NCBI GenBank assembly: GCA_963778655.1
Contig: CAVZVA010000009.1
Coordinates: 864,001-928,000 of the forward strand
Direction of reading: 5' to 3'
Length of the DNA stretch: 64,000 nucleotides
DNA from: an uncultured delta proteobacterium
Lineage (GTDB): Bacteria > Myxococcota_A > Polyangia > Polyangiales > JAFGIB01
Shown here piece after piece: positions 29,499-39,309 of this stretch. The number at the start of each line of letters is the position of its first letter. Position 1 is the first letter of the stretch. Both the position numbers and the translations under genes were made by a program. The notes under the pieces were generated by a model. It searched no databases, was not told the DNA's origin, and saw only the letters and a program-made list of their open reading frames with translations.

Positions 29499-30368
29499 CT
29501 ACGCCCACTCGAGCGGGCCTTCGCTCACCCGAGTCTTCCACGTCGCGCAGGAGAGTGTCGTCCCGAGCTCGCGGCCGAGCGCTCCGAGATCGCGATCGAA
29601 GACCTGCTCCACGTGGGCGCGGGTGGACGGTGAGAGCTCGGGTCGCTCGTTCATCGAGAGGCGAGCCTTCAGCATGTCGCGGACAGCCTGCGGAACCAAG
29701 CGTCGCCGAAGCGCCGTCACCACAGGATCGTCCATGATTTGGCGTCCGAGCCTTCCCAGACGAAGTCGCTCACTGGAAATGTTTCGCTGGGCCATGTCCG
29801 CCTGCCATATCGGCTGGCCTTGGTAACCCAGGAATTTGCACACTCTCTCTAGCTCCGGCTGCGGGCTGCGCTGAAGTCGCTCAAGAAATACGGGCAGGAC
29901 ATTCTCCCGGCCATATGTCTCGAAGAACGGGGCCAGTTGGCGACGATAGCAACCGTAGTCACAAAGCTCCGAGTGGCGTTGTACGGCGAGATCGATTGGC
30001 GAGGTGATGACCCGCATGCTCCATTCATGCACGTAGTGGGAGACCAGACGATCCACCGGATGGCGCATGAGATAGACGAGCTTGAGCTGTGGCAGGAGCG
30101 CGCACATGCGGTCGATCGTCCTCGGATAGGTCGGAAGCTTCGTATAGTGCGTGCTCGACTCTCCGCGCAACATGGCGTCCGACCCGCGGGCGAATAGGTC
30201 CCGGTACCACGCGGTCCCGCGCGCGTACACCTCGTCGTTGGAGAAGAAGTTTGGTTCCTTCGGTTCGGACATGAACACGCCTGGCTGGCGAGCAAGCTGC
30301 TCGTGCAGCGTGCTGGTCGCGCACTTCATGGCACCGATTATGACGAAGTTGGGAAGCCCCGGGTCCAC
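29499..30368 (-). CDS. PAPS-dependent sulfotransferase
   Basis: PNFVIIGAMKCATSTL (5'-PSB), KEPNFF, GESST, RHPVDRLVSHY (3'-PB). Confidence 0.92.
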   Translation of the reverse strand: MDPGLPNFVIIGAMKCATSTLHEQLARQPGVFMSEPKEPNFFSNDEVYARGTAWYRDLFARGSDAMLRGESSTHYTKLPTYPRTIDRMCALLPQLKLVYLMRHPVDRLVSHYVHEWSMRVITSPIDLAVQRHSELCDYGCYRRQLAPFFETYGRENVLPVFLERLQRSPQPELERVCKFLGYQGQPIWQADMAQRNISSERLRLGRLGRQIMDDPVVTALRRRLVPQAVRDMLKARLSMNERPELSPSTRAHVEQVFDRDLGALGRELGTTLSCATWKTRVSEGPLEWA

Positions 30369-30374
30369 GTTGTG

Positions 30375-31322
30375 TCACCGGCGAAGTGACGCCGATCCCT
30401 CGAAGATCCCCGTCCACTTGTCGAGCCATTCCTTCTCACAAGTGTGAGGTTGCTTCTTGCCGACGATTTCGCGGCTCAGGGAAATACCGCGCCCCGCGTG
30501 CCAGAGCAGATTGGCGAGCCACAGTCCCGAGGTGCCGTAGCCCTTGCGAAGGTAGCGGGTCCGAGAAGCGTAGAGGTAGCGAGGGGGGCGCTTTCGGGCA
30601 GCCACTTTGGCTTTGACGTCGGAGGTTCCTCCTCGCAAGTGTACGACGCGGGCTCCGGGAAAATATCGAATCTTGAACCCCGCAACGCGTGCTGCCCTGC
30701 AGTAGTCACTGTCCTCGAAATACATGAAGTAGCCTTCATCGAGCGGGCCTACCGATGCGATGACCTCGCGTCGAATCAGGGCGCACGCGAACGACACCCA
30801 GTCGGCCTCGCGTGGATCGTCGGTGACAGGCAGAGCCACCACGAAACGAGAAAGCAGCGTGGTGATGGGCCCGGTTTCCGCCCCCGCGATGAGCTCGCTG
30901 AGCGGTGAGTGATCGCGAAAACAAGATATCTGGGGTGTCGCGTCGGGCCACTCGAGTCGCGGGCCGATGATGCCGGCTTCTGGATGCGCCTCCGCATCAC
31001 GCAACAGCGCGGAGACCGCGCCTGGGCGCACGATCGTATCGCTGTTTAGCAGAAGGTAGTACTCAGCGTCCGTCGCGCGAATGCCGATGTTGTTGCCTGC
31101 GGAGAAGCCACCGTTGGTGGAGGAGCGCACGACTCTAGCCCAAGGGCTATAGTTGCGTTCGACGACGGCGGCTTCGATCCGTTCGGCGGAGTCGTCGCCC
31201 GATGCGTTGTCGACGACGAGCGCTTCGTCGACACCGGGCTCGAGCTGCCCATCGAGGGACTGCAGCGCATCCATGACGAGCGCGGGCGTTCGATAGTTGA
31301 CGATGACGACGCTCAAACGCAT
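30375..31322 (-). CDS. GT2 glycosyltransferase (WbbL/rhamnosyltransferase-like)
   Basis: VVIVNY, VDNASGD, NGGFSAGNN, LLNSD, YFMYFEDSD. Confidence 0.92.
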   Translation of the reverse strand: MRLSVVIVNYRTPALVMDALQSLDGQLEPGVDEALVVDNASGDDSAERIEAAVVERNYSPWARVVRSSTNGGFSAGNNIGIRATDAEYYLLLNSDTIVRPGAVSALLRDAEAHPEAGIIGPRLEWPDATPQISCFRDHSPLSELIAGAETGPITTLLSRFVVALPVTDDPREADWVSFACALIRREVIASVGPLDEGYFMYFEDSDYCRAARVAGFKIRYFPGARVVHLRGGTSDVKAKVAARKRPPRYLYASRTRYLRKGYGTSGLWLANLLWHAGRGISLSREIVGKKQPHTCEKEWLDKWTGIFEGSASLRR

Positions 31323-31419
31323 GGAAGCAGGCTCGACCGTGGCGGACCTATACTCTGGGCTCATTTGTGACGCAAGCTTGTGAATCGGCTAGGGATCACT
31401 GGGGGCGCGTATGCTACAG

Positions 31420-31435
31420 TGGCGCACAGGTTGCG
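31420..31435 (+). promoter_or_regulatory. Candidate sigma-54 promoter
   Basis: TGGCGCACAGGTTGCG fits GG-N10-GC, but lies very close to the downstream ATG. Confidence 0.4.
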
Positions 31436-31444
31436 GCCAGCCCG

Positions 31445-31981
31445 ATGGCAGAGGAACGTCAGAGCCGCGTGGCCTCGGAGCACACGAGGATTTCCTCGGT
31501 GGCGCCGGATTGGTCGCGCGAGAGATGTGGTCGTTGGGAGTGGCATCCGTCGCGACGGCTGCTGCGGACCATCCGGCGCTACCAGAATCAACCTCCTGGG
31601 TTGTTCGGATGGCTCGCGAGGAAGCTCTGCGTTCTCGAGCACCGTGCATGGAGCGCCGTTTGCGGGGCCGACATTCCTCTGGACAGCAAGATCGGCGGCG
31701 GCTTGCTGCTGCCCCATCCCAACGGAGTGGTGATTCACCCGGGCGCCGTGGTCGGTCCCAATTGCCTCTTGTTTCAGCAGGTCACCCTAGGGACCGGAGG
31801 CGACAAGCCAGGTGTTCCGTGTCTCGCAGGCCACGTGGACGTCGGGGCGGGCGCGAAGATCCTCGGCGGGGTTCGCATTGGCGAGCACGCGCTGATCGGC
31901 GCCAATGCGGTGGTGTTGTGCGATGTACCCGCAGGTGCGACCGCCGTGGGCGTGCCGGCGCGCGTGTTGGCACCGCGCTGA
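31445..31981 (+). CDS. CysE/WcaB-like acetyltransferase (EPS O-acetylation)
   Basis: IGGGLLLPHPNGVVIH, QQVTLG, GAGAKILG, IGANAVVLCDVP, GVPAR. Start could be GTG at 31469. Confidence 0.88.
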   Translation: MAEERQSRVASEHTRISSVAPDWSRERCGRWEWHPSRRLLRTIRRYQNQPPGLFGWLARKLCVLEHRAWSAVCGADIPLDSKIGGGLLLPHPNGVVIHPGAVVGPNCLLFQQVTLGTGGDKPGVPCLAGHVDVGAGAKILGGVRIGEHALIGANAVVLCDVPAGATAVGVPARVLAPR

Positions 31982-32077
31982 AGGGTTCCGCTGCCGCGCT
32001 CCCCCTAGGATTGGTGGTTCCGTCCCATCGCTGGCTGACCCGTTTCGTGGTACACCACGGGTCGAGGTTTTTTGGTC

Positions 32078-33238
32078 ATGACGCCTGCATGGTTTCGTGT
32101 GTTCTCGGCCTGCTCGCTCGCTTTGCTGGCCGCTGCTTGCGGCGGCACGCTCACGCCGACTTCGACGGGCGGTCCGCAAACCGGCAGCGCCGGTGGCAAC
32201 GCGACCCTTGCTGGCAACGCCAGCATGCAATCCGGCAATGGCTCGGCGGGCTCCGGCGCCGCAACAAGCAGCGGGCGCAGGGAATCCGTTACTCCGACGA
32301 TGATGGCCGGCGGCGGCGACAGCACGACGCCGGCGATGGGATCGGCGGGTCAAGGCGGCGCGAGCGGCAGCGGCGGCGCGAGCGGCGGCGCGAGCAGTGG
32401 CGGCGGTACGAACGGCCAGAACCAGGGTGGCGGCCAGGGCGGCTCGGCCGGTAGCGCCGGGAGCGGCGGCACCAGCGGCGGCGCTGCGGGCAGCGCCGAC
32501 CCCGGACACCTGATCTTCACGGGCGACTTCGAGACCGGGGACTTGTCGCAGTGGCACTACGTCGAACGCTGCCAGCCGGACCGCATCACCGTGTATTCCG
32601 CCGCGAACGCCCCGGCCGGCGCTCCGCCCCCGCGCCAAGGGGACTATGCCGCGCTTTTTCATGTGCTCGACACGGACGTGTCACCGTGCACGTCCACCGG
32701 CGATCCGCGCGCTGAGCTGGAAACGGCGGAGTCGCTGTTGAAGCCAGGCGACGAGGTGTGGGAAGCGTGGTCGATGTACATCCCGTCCTCGCACCCGAGC
32801 TGCGGATCGTGCTCGAAATGGTTCGCTTTCCAGGAGGACTACGGCAGTCCTTGGGACGGCCCTGCCTCCCTCGCGTGGTACCTCACCTTCTATGACAACC
32901 CGACCCGGTTCAGCATCGGACGCGGCTCGCAGTACAACGGCGATTGGCCTGCAGCAACGGCGCTGGTCACAGACCAATGGGTGGACTTTCTGGTGCACAA
33001 GAAGATGTCGAACAAGGACGATGGGACGGGTTTCATCGAGGCGTGGGTCGATGGGAATCAACTCACGTTTTCTCCCTGCAAGTGCACCAAGCTCAGCATG
33101 CAGACCATGCATTCGACGCAGAAGAGCGTTGGCTTCTACCTGACCGCCTACCGCGCCAAGGGTTTGTTCAGCTCCTTCGACATCTACTACGACGGCGTTC
33201 GTATCGGCACGACGCGCGCATCTGTCGAGCTCCAGTAG
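32078..33238 (+). CDS. Lipoprotein with polysaccharide lyase-like (heparin lyase I/Polysacc_lyase) domain
   Basis: LLAAAC lipobox, Gly/Ser linker, FTGDFETGDLSQW, RAEL, GFIEAWVDG, IYYDGVRIGTT. Confidence 0.75.
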   Translation: MTPAWFRVFSACSLALLAAACGGTLTPTSTGGPQTGSAGGNATLAGNASMQSGNGSAGSGAATSSGRRESVTPTMMAGGGDSTTPAMGSAGQGGASGSGGASGGASSGGGTNGQNQGGGQGGSAGSAGSGGTSGGAAGSADPGHLIFTGDFETGDLSQWHYVERCQPDRITVYSAANAPAGAPPPRQGDYAALFHVLDTDVSPCTSTGDPRAELETAESLLKPGDEVWEAWSMYIPSSHPSCGSCSKWFAFQEDYGSPWDGPASLAWYLTFYDNPTRFSIGRGSQYNGDWPAATALVTDQWVDFLVHKKMSNKDDGTGFIEAWVDGNQLTFSPCKCTKLSMQTMHSTQKSVGFYLTAYRAKGLFSSFDIYYDGVRIGTTRASVELQ

Positions 33239-33287
33239 CGCGCCGCCGGCCGATGCTGGGCGTGGGCCGTACAGGGCAACGTTCGCA

Positions 33288-34181
33288 ATGATCGCTACGG
33301 CAAGAGACCACCGGATCGTCGTCATTTCCCCCTGCCGCGACGAAGAGCGCACCGTCGAGCGCACGATCGCGTCGATGGAGGCTCAGACGCTGCTTCCTGC
33401 TCTCTGGGTCATCGTTGACGACGGGTCGAAGGACCGGACGCCCGAGATTCTCCGCGCCGCCCGGGAGCGGATCCCCTGGCTACGCGTGCTCACGCGTCAG
33501 GACCGCGGCTATCGGAAGGTGGGCGGTGGCGTCATCGATGCGTTCTACTCGGGGCTCGAGAGCGTCGACGTCGACTACGATTTCGTCGCCAAGATGGATG
33601 TGGACCTGGAGTTCGCGCCGGACTATCTCGCCCGCATCATGACCTACTTCGATGCTGATCCGCAGCTCGCCGCGGCCAGCGGCAAGGTCTATCGCCCAGA
33701 GGGAACAGGTCTCGTCGAGGAGTTCATGATCGACGAGATGGTCGCCGGTCAGTTCAAGCTCTACCGTCGCGCTGCCTTCGAGGCGATCGGCGGATTCGTT
33801 CGCGAGGTGATGTGGGATGGTATCGACTTCCACAAGTGCCGGATGAATGGATTCCACACGGCCAGCCTCCACGACGAGCAACTACGAATTGTCCATCTCC
33901 GACTCATGGGGTCGTCCGACCAAAACGTCTACAAGGGACGGGTCCGTTGGGGACGTGGACAGTGGTTCATGGGCAGCTCCCTGCCCTACATTCTCGCGAG
34001 CGGGACTTTCCGCATGCGCGAGAAGCCCTACGTTCTCGGGGGCCTGACGATCATCGCCGGATATGCGATGGCGGCGCTCAAATGGGAACCGCGCTACCAG
34101 GATCTGGAGTTTCGCAGCAGCCTGCGAGCGTGGCAGCGACGCCGCTTATTTGGCCTGCTAGCAGGCAAGGGCGCCCGTTAG
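33288..34181 (+). CDS. GT2 glycosyltransferase
   Basis: ISPCRDE, VDDGSKDRT, KMDVD, WDGID. Confidence 0.9.
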   Translation: MIATARDHRIVVISPCRDEERTVERTIASMEAQTLLPALWVIVDDGSKDRTPEILRAARERIPWLRVLTRQDRGYRKVGGGVIDAFYSGLESVDVDYDFVAKMDVDLEFAPDYLARIMTYFDADPQLAAASGKVYRPEGTGLVEEFMIDEMVAGQFKLYRRAAFEAIGGFVREVMWDGIDFHKCRMNGFHTASLHDEQLRIVHLRLMGSSDQNVYKGRVRWGRGQWFMGSSLPYILASGTFRMREKPYVLGGLTIIAGYAMAALKWEPRYQDLEFRSSLRAWQRRRLFGLLAGKGAR

Positions 34182-34283
34182 TTTGGATCAGCTGTACGGC
34201 TTCGAGCCCGCGACCGTCGGCCTGCGGGGCCTGGCGGTCGGAGGACCTGATGGACCTGACGATGTGCTATCTTTCAGCTCGTC

Positions 34284-35306
34284 GTGACGCTCTCGCTAAG
34301 CCATCTCGTCCGCAATTGGGCCAGCAAGGTGCTTTTCGCTTCCGGCGCAACACGGCCCGAGCGCGCCGCGCGTGGAATGCTCACGGTCGTAACCTTCCAT
34401 CGCGTGCTGCCGGCCGCGCTGCGCGCGGAGTACCCTCTCGGGGGCATCGTCGTGACGCCGGAAGAGCTCGATGCATGCCTTTCCTTCTTCAGGAGGCACT
34501 ACGAATGTGGAACGCTCGGCGAGATGGCGACCTGCCACTCCCTGGACCAAGACCGGGGTCGAGCGCTTCTGGCGGTGACATTCGACGACGGGCAGCGCGA
34601 CAACTTCGTCTACGCGCGCCCGGTGCTTGAGAGTCACGGTTTGAGGGGAAGCTTCTTCGTTCCGATCGAAGCTATCGACAGCGGAAAGCCGCTCTGGCAC
34701 GACAGGCTTGCGTTTGCGGTGCAGGCGCAGGCCCGCCGTGACCTCGGCGCCGTGCGGCGAACGCTGGATCTGGCCGGCGCGACCTCGCCGGCCGGAGCGG
34801 CGAGACAGGCCGTCGCTCGCGCAAAGGATCTGCAGGCGCCGGCGCGCGAGGCCCTCATTGCGGACGTTCAGGCGCAGGCGGGAGAGGACGCCGTGCCGGC
34901 CTGGGATGGCATGATGACGTGGGAGCAGATCCGCGAGATGCAGCGCGGCGGTCACGAGATCGGGTCGCACTCTATGACGCACCCCATTCTGCCGCGTTGC
35001 GATGATGCCGAGTTGGTTTTCGAGATCGCGGAGTCGCGCCGTGTCCTGGAGCGCCAGCTGGGGAAGGCTCCGGAGACGTTTTGCTACCCGAATGGAGATC
35101 ACGATGCCCGCACCGTCGCACAGGTGGACGCCGCCGGTTACAGATGGGCGGTCACAACCAAGTGGGGTTTGAATGAGCGAGGCTCGCCGCGGTTGGCCAT
35201 GAACCGTTGCGACATCGACGCCGATCGCACGCGAGGCCGCCATGGGGCTTTGCACCAGCCCTTGCTGGCATGGCGCTTGAGCGGCCTGTATCCGGGACTC
35301 GGATAA
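34284..35306 (+). CDS. Polysaccharide deacetylase (CE4/NodB)
   Basis: FHRV, TFDDG, GSHSMTH, FCYPNG. Confidence 0.92.
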   Translation: MTLSLSHLVRNWASKVLFASGATRPERAARGMLTVVTFHRVLPAALRAEYPLGGIVVTPEELDACLSFFRRHYECGTLGEMATCHSLDQDRGRALLAVTFDDGQRDNFVYARPVLESHGLRGSFFVPIEAIDSGKPLWHDRLAFAVQAQARRDLGAVRRTLDLAGATSPAGAARQAVARAKDLQAPAREALIADVQAQAGEDAVPAWDGMMTWEQIREMQRGGHEIGSHSMTHPILPRCDDAELVFEIAESRRVLERQLGKAPETFCYPNGDHDARTVAQVDAAGYRWAVTTKWGLNERGSPRLAMNRCDIDADRTRGRHGALHQPLLAWRLSGLYPGLG

Positions 35307-35310
35307 CCGC

Positions 35311-36546
35311 ATGCGCCTTGCGGTCCTCGTGAGCCAGTATCCGGCACCGTCGCACACGTTCATCCGGCGCGAGATCGATGCCCTGCGGCGGCGCGGGATG
35401 GAGGTGCAAACCTTCAGCGTCAGACCGCCTGCTCCCGAAGAGATTCTCTCGGAGCTCGACCGGCGCGAGTTCGCGGCGACTCGTTATGTTTTTCCGCTGT
35501 CGTTCGTCGGGCTCGCCGCCGCGCATTTCTCGGCGATCATCACGCGCCCAAGCGCGTACCTGGTCACGCTGCGCGCGAGCTTGAAGCATCGTGTTCCGGG
35601 CTTGCGCAGCCTCGGCCGGGCGCTCGCTTACTTCGTGGAGGGCATATACCTGTCCAAATGGCTCCGGCGCGCTGGGGTGACCCACCTGCACAACCACTTC
35701 GCGAATCCGGCAGCCAACGTCGGCTACGTGTGCAGCCTCTTCCTCAAGCTACCGTGGAGCTTGACCCTCCACGGTAGCGCCGACCTGGCGTATCCGGCGG
35801 GTATGCTGCTGGGCGACAAGATTCGGGCCGCGGGCTTCGTGGCCTGCGTGTCCCATTACGGCCGGTCTCAGGCCATGCGGACCGTCGAGCCCGAACACTG
35901 GGACAAGCTCTTGATCGTGCGCTGCGGCGTGGAGCTCGACGCGCTGCCTCCACGCATGCGGCACGACGATCGATCGATTCGTTTCGTGAGCGTGGGACGC
36001 TTGTCTCCCGAGAAGGGCCAGGTCGGTCTGGTCGAGGCCTTTGCGATGCTGATCGCGGAGGGCATCGATGCGAAGCTGCGGCTGGTCGGCGACGGGGCGG
36101 ACATGGAGCGGGTGCGAGAGCGGATCCGCGAGCGACGGCTGGAGCAGCACTGCGTGCTCACCGGCCGCCTGGCGGAGGCGGACGCACTGCGCGAGATCGC
36201 CGGGGCTGATGTGTTTGTCCTGGCGAGCCTCATGGAAGGTCTTCCCGTGGTGTTGATGGAGGCACTGGGGATTGGAGTGCCAGTGGTGGCGCCCTGTGTC
36301 GCGGGCATACCCGAGCTTGTGACGCCCGAACGCGGCGGGCTGCTGTTCAGCCCCGGGGACTGGACCGGCCTTGCCGCGTGTATGAAGCGCATGGCGGAGG
36401 ACCCGCCCCTGCGGGCGAGTCTCGCCCTCACTGGTCGCGCGCGCATCGCGGCCGAGTTCGACGTGAACAAGGCTGTGGAGCCGCTGTACGTACGCCTGAG
36501 GGCCGAATCGGACGCGTGCGAAGAGCACGACGGCGAGTCGGCCTGA
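35311..36546 (+). CDS. GT4 glycosyltransferase (WcaL-like)
   Basis: SHTFIRREI, HLHNHF, VGRLSPEKG, EGLPVVLMEA, GIPELV. Confidence 0.92.
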   Translation: MRLAVLVSQYPAPSHTFIRREIDALRRRGMEVQTFSVRPPAPEEILSELDRREFAATRYVFPLSFVGLAAAHFSAIITRPSAYLVTLRASLKHRVPGLRSLGRALAYFVEGIYLSKWLRRAGVTHLHNHFANPAANVGYVCSLFLKLPWSLTLHGSADLAYPAGMLLGDKIRAAGFVACVSHYGRSQAMRTVEPEHWDKLLIVRCGVELDALPPRMRHDDRSIRFVSVGRLSPEKGQVGLVEAFAMLIAEGIDAKLRLVGDGADMERVRERIRERRLEQHCVLTGRLAEADALREIAGADVFVLASLMEGLPVVLMEALGIGVPVVAPCVAGIPELVTPERGGLLFSPGDWTGLAACMKRMAEDPPLRASLALTGRARIAAEFDVNKAVEPLYVRLRAESDACEEHDGESA

Positions 36547-36833
36547 TGGCGCGTGCGCTCAATCGGTCACCTAGAGCCGATTTCAAAACGCTCCGGGACC
36601 GCCTTCCGGGCGGGACAGAAGTATTCCATCGGTCGCGCGCCTTGCATCCAGCACCGTCGCGCTCCGAAATCCGGCCACGCCGGGTATTGAGGTCGGATCC
36701 AAGGACCCGAGCACAGATAACCTGCTGAGTTGCGGCTCGTGGGCGGGCGCAAGCAGGTGGACCCAGATCGCTCGCAACACGCCCTGAGCGGAATTGTCAG
36801 TACCCTGCGCAGCCAGGCGCGTCGGGAGTCGGC

Positions 36834-37838
36834 TCATGCGCGCTTGTATTCGATCAGAGAGCTTTGCTTGCCGCGCATTTGGTTGAGGTGAAACTGGAGT
36901 CCTCCCAGCATCTGCGGGACCTTGCCGAGGACGCAGTAGCGCGCGTACAGCGAGGCATGCTCCGGGGGGTCGCCGAAGAGGCGAAGTCTGTGGTTGCGCA
37001 CGCGCAGCCACAGCACGCCGTATCCTGCCAGCAGCACGCCGCTGCCCCCGTGGGTCGGCCAAGCGAGCGAGATCACGGTGGCAGGGAGCAGCAGGCCCCA
37101 GAACCAGTTCGAACGGGAGAGCTTCGCATATCGGGCGTCGTTGGGATGCCGATGATGCCCCTCGGCGCAAGCGTGCCCAGCGCGTATGCTGCGCCTCCAC
37201 CATTGTCGGAAGCGGCTCATGGCCGCATCGTGACGCGTCATGTCCCGATCGATACGAAGGATGCGGTATCCAGCCTGTCGCATCCGCATGCACATGTCCG
37301 GTTCTTCGCCTGCGATGAGCGAGCCGTCGTAGCCGCCCACCGCGTCGAAAGCCGCCAATCGCAGCAAAGCATCGCCGCCGCAGGCCTCGGCCTCGCCTGC
37401 TTTCGTGTTCCATTCCATATCGCAGAGTCGGTTGTAGGGGGACGCGTCGGGATTCAGCTCGAGCCGCCGTCCGCAAACCACGGCGAGGGTCGCATCCGCC
37501 TCGATCACGGCCGTCGCAGCTTCGACGAAGCCCTCGACCATCTCGCAGTCGGCATCGATTACTTGCACGAAAGGGACATTGGGGGCGAGGCGCTGCAGGC
37601 GCGCGATGCCGGCGTTGCGCGCGCGCGCCGCCGTGAAGGGCACCGTCATGTCGAGCTCGACCACATCGACGCCGAGCGAGCGTGCGAACGCGACGCTGTC
37701 GTCGCTCGAGCTCGAGTCGACATACACGAGCGGGGACACCCGCCCGACCAGTGAGCGCAGGCAGCGTTTGAGCCGCTCGCCCTCGTTGCGGCCGATCGCC
37801 ACGCAGCCGACCCTGGACGATGTCGATGCAGTCGACAT
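36834..37838 (-). CDS. GT2 glycosyltransferase
   Basis: IGRNEGERL, VDSSSSDDS, FTAARARNAG, DAD, AGEEPD, QWWRR. Confidence 0.92.
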   Translation of the reverse strand: MSTASTSSRVGCVAIGRNEGERLKRCLRSLVGRVSPLVYVDSSSSDDSVAFARSLGVDVVELDMTVPFTAARARNAGIARLQRLAPNVPFVQVIDADCEMVEGFVEAATAVIEADATLAVVCGRRLELNPDASPYNRLCDMEWNTKAGEAEACGGDALLRLAAFDAVGGYDGSLIAGEEPDMCMRMRQAGYRILRIDRDMTRHDAAMSRFRQWWRRSIRAGHACAEGHHRHPNDARYAKLSRSNWFWGLLLPATVISLAWPTHGGSGVLLAGYGVLWLRVRNHRLRLFGDPPEHASLYARYCVLGKVPQMLGGLQFHLNQMRGKQSSLIEYKRA

Positions 37839-38035
37839 GGGCCCAGTCTAGCAGACTCGTACGCAGGGGCCGCGCCCCCCCCTGGACCACCGGCGTGCCT
37901 GGGGAACGTCGCGCAATCACCCGACCACGACGCCAGCAGGCCGCGGAAGAGCTCTGCGGGAGTGGAGGCACCCGCCGTGGCGTGCGGGTCGCGTGTCTGG
38001 CGGGAGTCGAGCAACGATGCCGCGTTGCTCCGGGC

Positions 38036-39067
38036 TCAGCTGTTTCCACCCCGCTCGGCGACCTTCACCAGTTGCTTGCCGATGTTTTCGCCGCGGAACA
38101 GACGCGCCAGGGCGGCCGGGGCGTTTTCCAGCCCGTGCTGGACGTCGACCCGGTCCTTGAGCCGGCCTTCGCGCATGAATCCGGCCAGGGCATCGATCGC
38201 CTCGGTGGCGCGCGGCAGGAAGTCGATTACGACGAAGCCTTCCATCCGTCCGCGCTGGCTGAGCAGCTTCATGTAGTTCTTGGGTCCTGGAGGCGGTGTC
38301 GACTCGTTGTAGCCGGAAATCGCGCCGCACAGCACGATTCGGCCGCGCAGGGCGAGATTCGCGAGCGCAGCCTCGAGAATGCGCCCGCCGACGTTGTCGA
38401 AGTAGACGTCGATTCCGTTGGGGCACTCCTGCCGCATCCGCGTCACGACGTTCTCGTTCTTGTAGTCGATCGCAGCGTCGAAGCCGAGCTCGTCCGTGAG
38501 GTAACGGCACTTGGCCTCGCCGCCCGCGATTCCGATCGCGCGGCAGCCTTTGATCTTCGCGAGCTGGCCGACCACCGAGCCGGTGGCTCCGGCAGCAGCC
38601 GATACCACCACGCTCTCTCCGGCCTGCGCGCGACCGATCTCGAGCAGACCGAAGTAAGCCGTCATGCCCGTGTTGCCGAGCGCGCTCATCGCGGTTTCGA
38701 TCGGGATGCCCTCGGGCACCGGCAAGATGGGATAGAGCCCTCCATGACCGGCCACGGCGTAGTCTTGCCAGCCGAACAATCCTTGTACGAGCTGCCCGGG
38801 GCGAAACTCTGGTAGCCGCGAGCTGATCACCTCGCCCACGCCGAACGCCCTCATCACCTCCCCGAGCTTCATCGCGGGGTAGTAGGTCTGGGCCGAAGCC
38901 CAACCGCGCTGGGTGGGATCGCACGACACGAACAGATTGCGGACCAGGATCTGACCATCGGCCGCGTCCGGAGCCGCGGTCTCGGTCCATTGCAGGTCTT
39001 CGGCCGTGAGCTCGCCGCGCGGGCGGCGCTCGAGCAGCCACTGCCGGTTGGTGTGTGTCGTCGTCAT
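38036..39067 (-). CDS. NADP-dependent oxidoreductase (MDR, prostaglandin/alkenal reductase type)
   Basis: SCDP, GMTAYFGL, SAAAGATGS, DVYFDNVGG, CGAISGYN, GENIGK. Confidence 0.93.
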   Translation of the reverse strand: MTTTHTNRQWLLERRPRGELTAEDLQWTETAAPDAADGQILVRNLFVSCDPTQRGWASAQTYYPAMKLGEVMRAFGVGEVISSRLPEFRPGQLVQGLFGWQDYAVAGHGGLYPILPVPEGIPIETAMSALGNTGMTAYFGLLEIGRAQAGESVVVSAAAGATGSVVGQLAKIKGCRAIGIAGGEAKCRYLTDELGFDAAIDYKNENVVTRMRQECPNGIDVYFDNVGGRILEAALANLALRGRIVLCGAISGYNESTPPPGPKNYMKLLSQRGRMEGFVVIDFLPRATEAIDALAGFMREGRLKDRVDVQHGLENAPAALARLFRGENIGKQLVKVAERGGNS

Positions 39068-39309
39068 GAAACGCCCCATGGCCGGACGCGCACCGGCCGC
39101 GAGTTGAGACGTTCCGTCTTCACTACCAAGATCCGCCGCCGGTCGACGTGCGGCGCTGCACCGAGCTGCACCCGCACGGTTTGGAAATCAGGTCGGAGCC
39201 GTGATGCACGTGCAAGCGTCATGGTCGCCGTCGCAGCACATTGGCTGCGGCGACTGACCCAGTCAAGGGTTGACGACCCCAGGGCGTGCCGCGCACCATA
39301 CGCGCGTCG

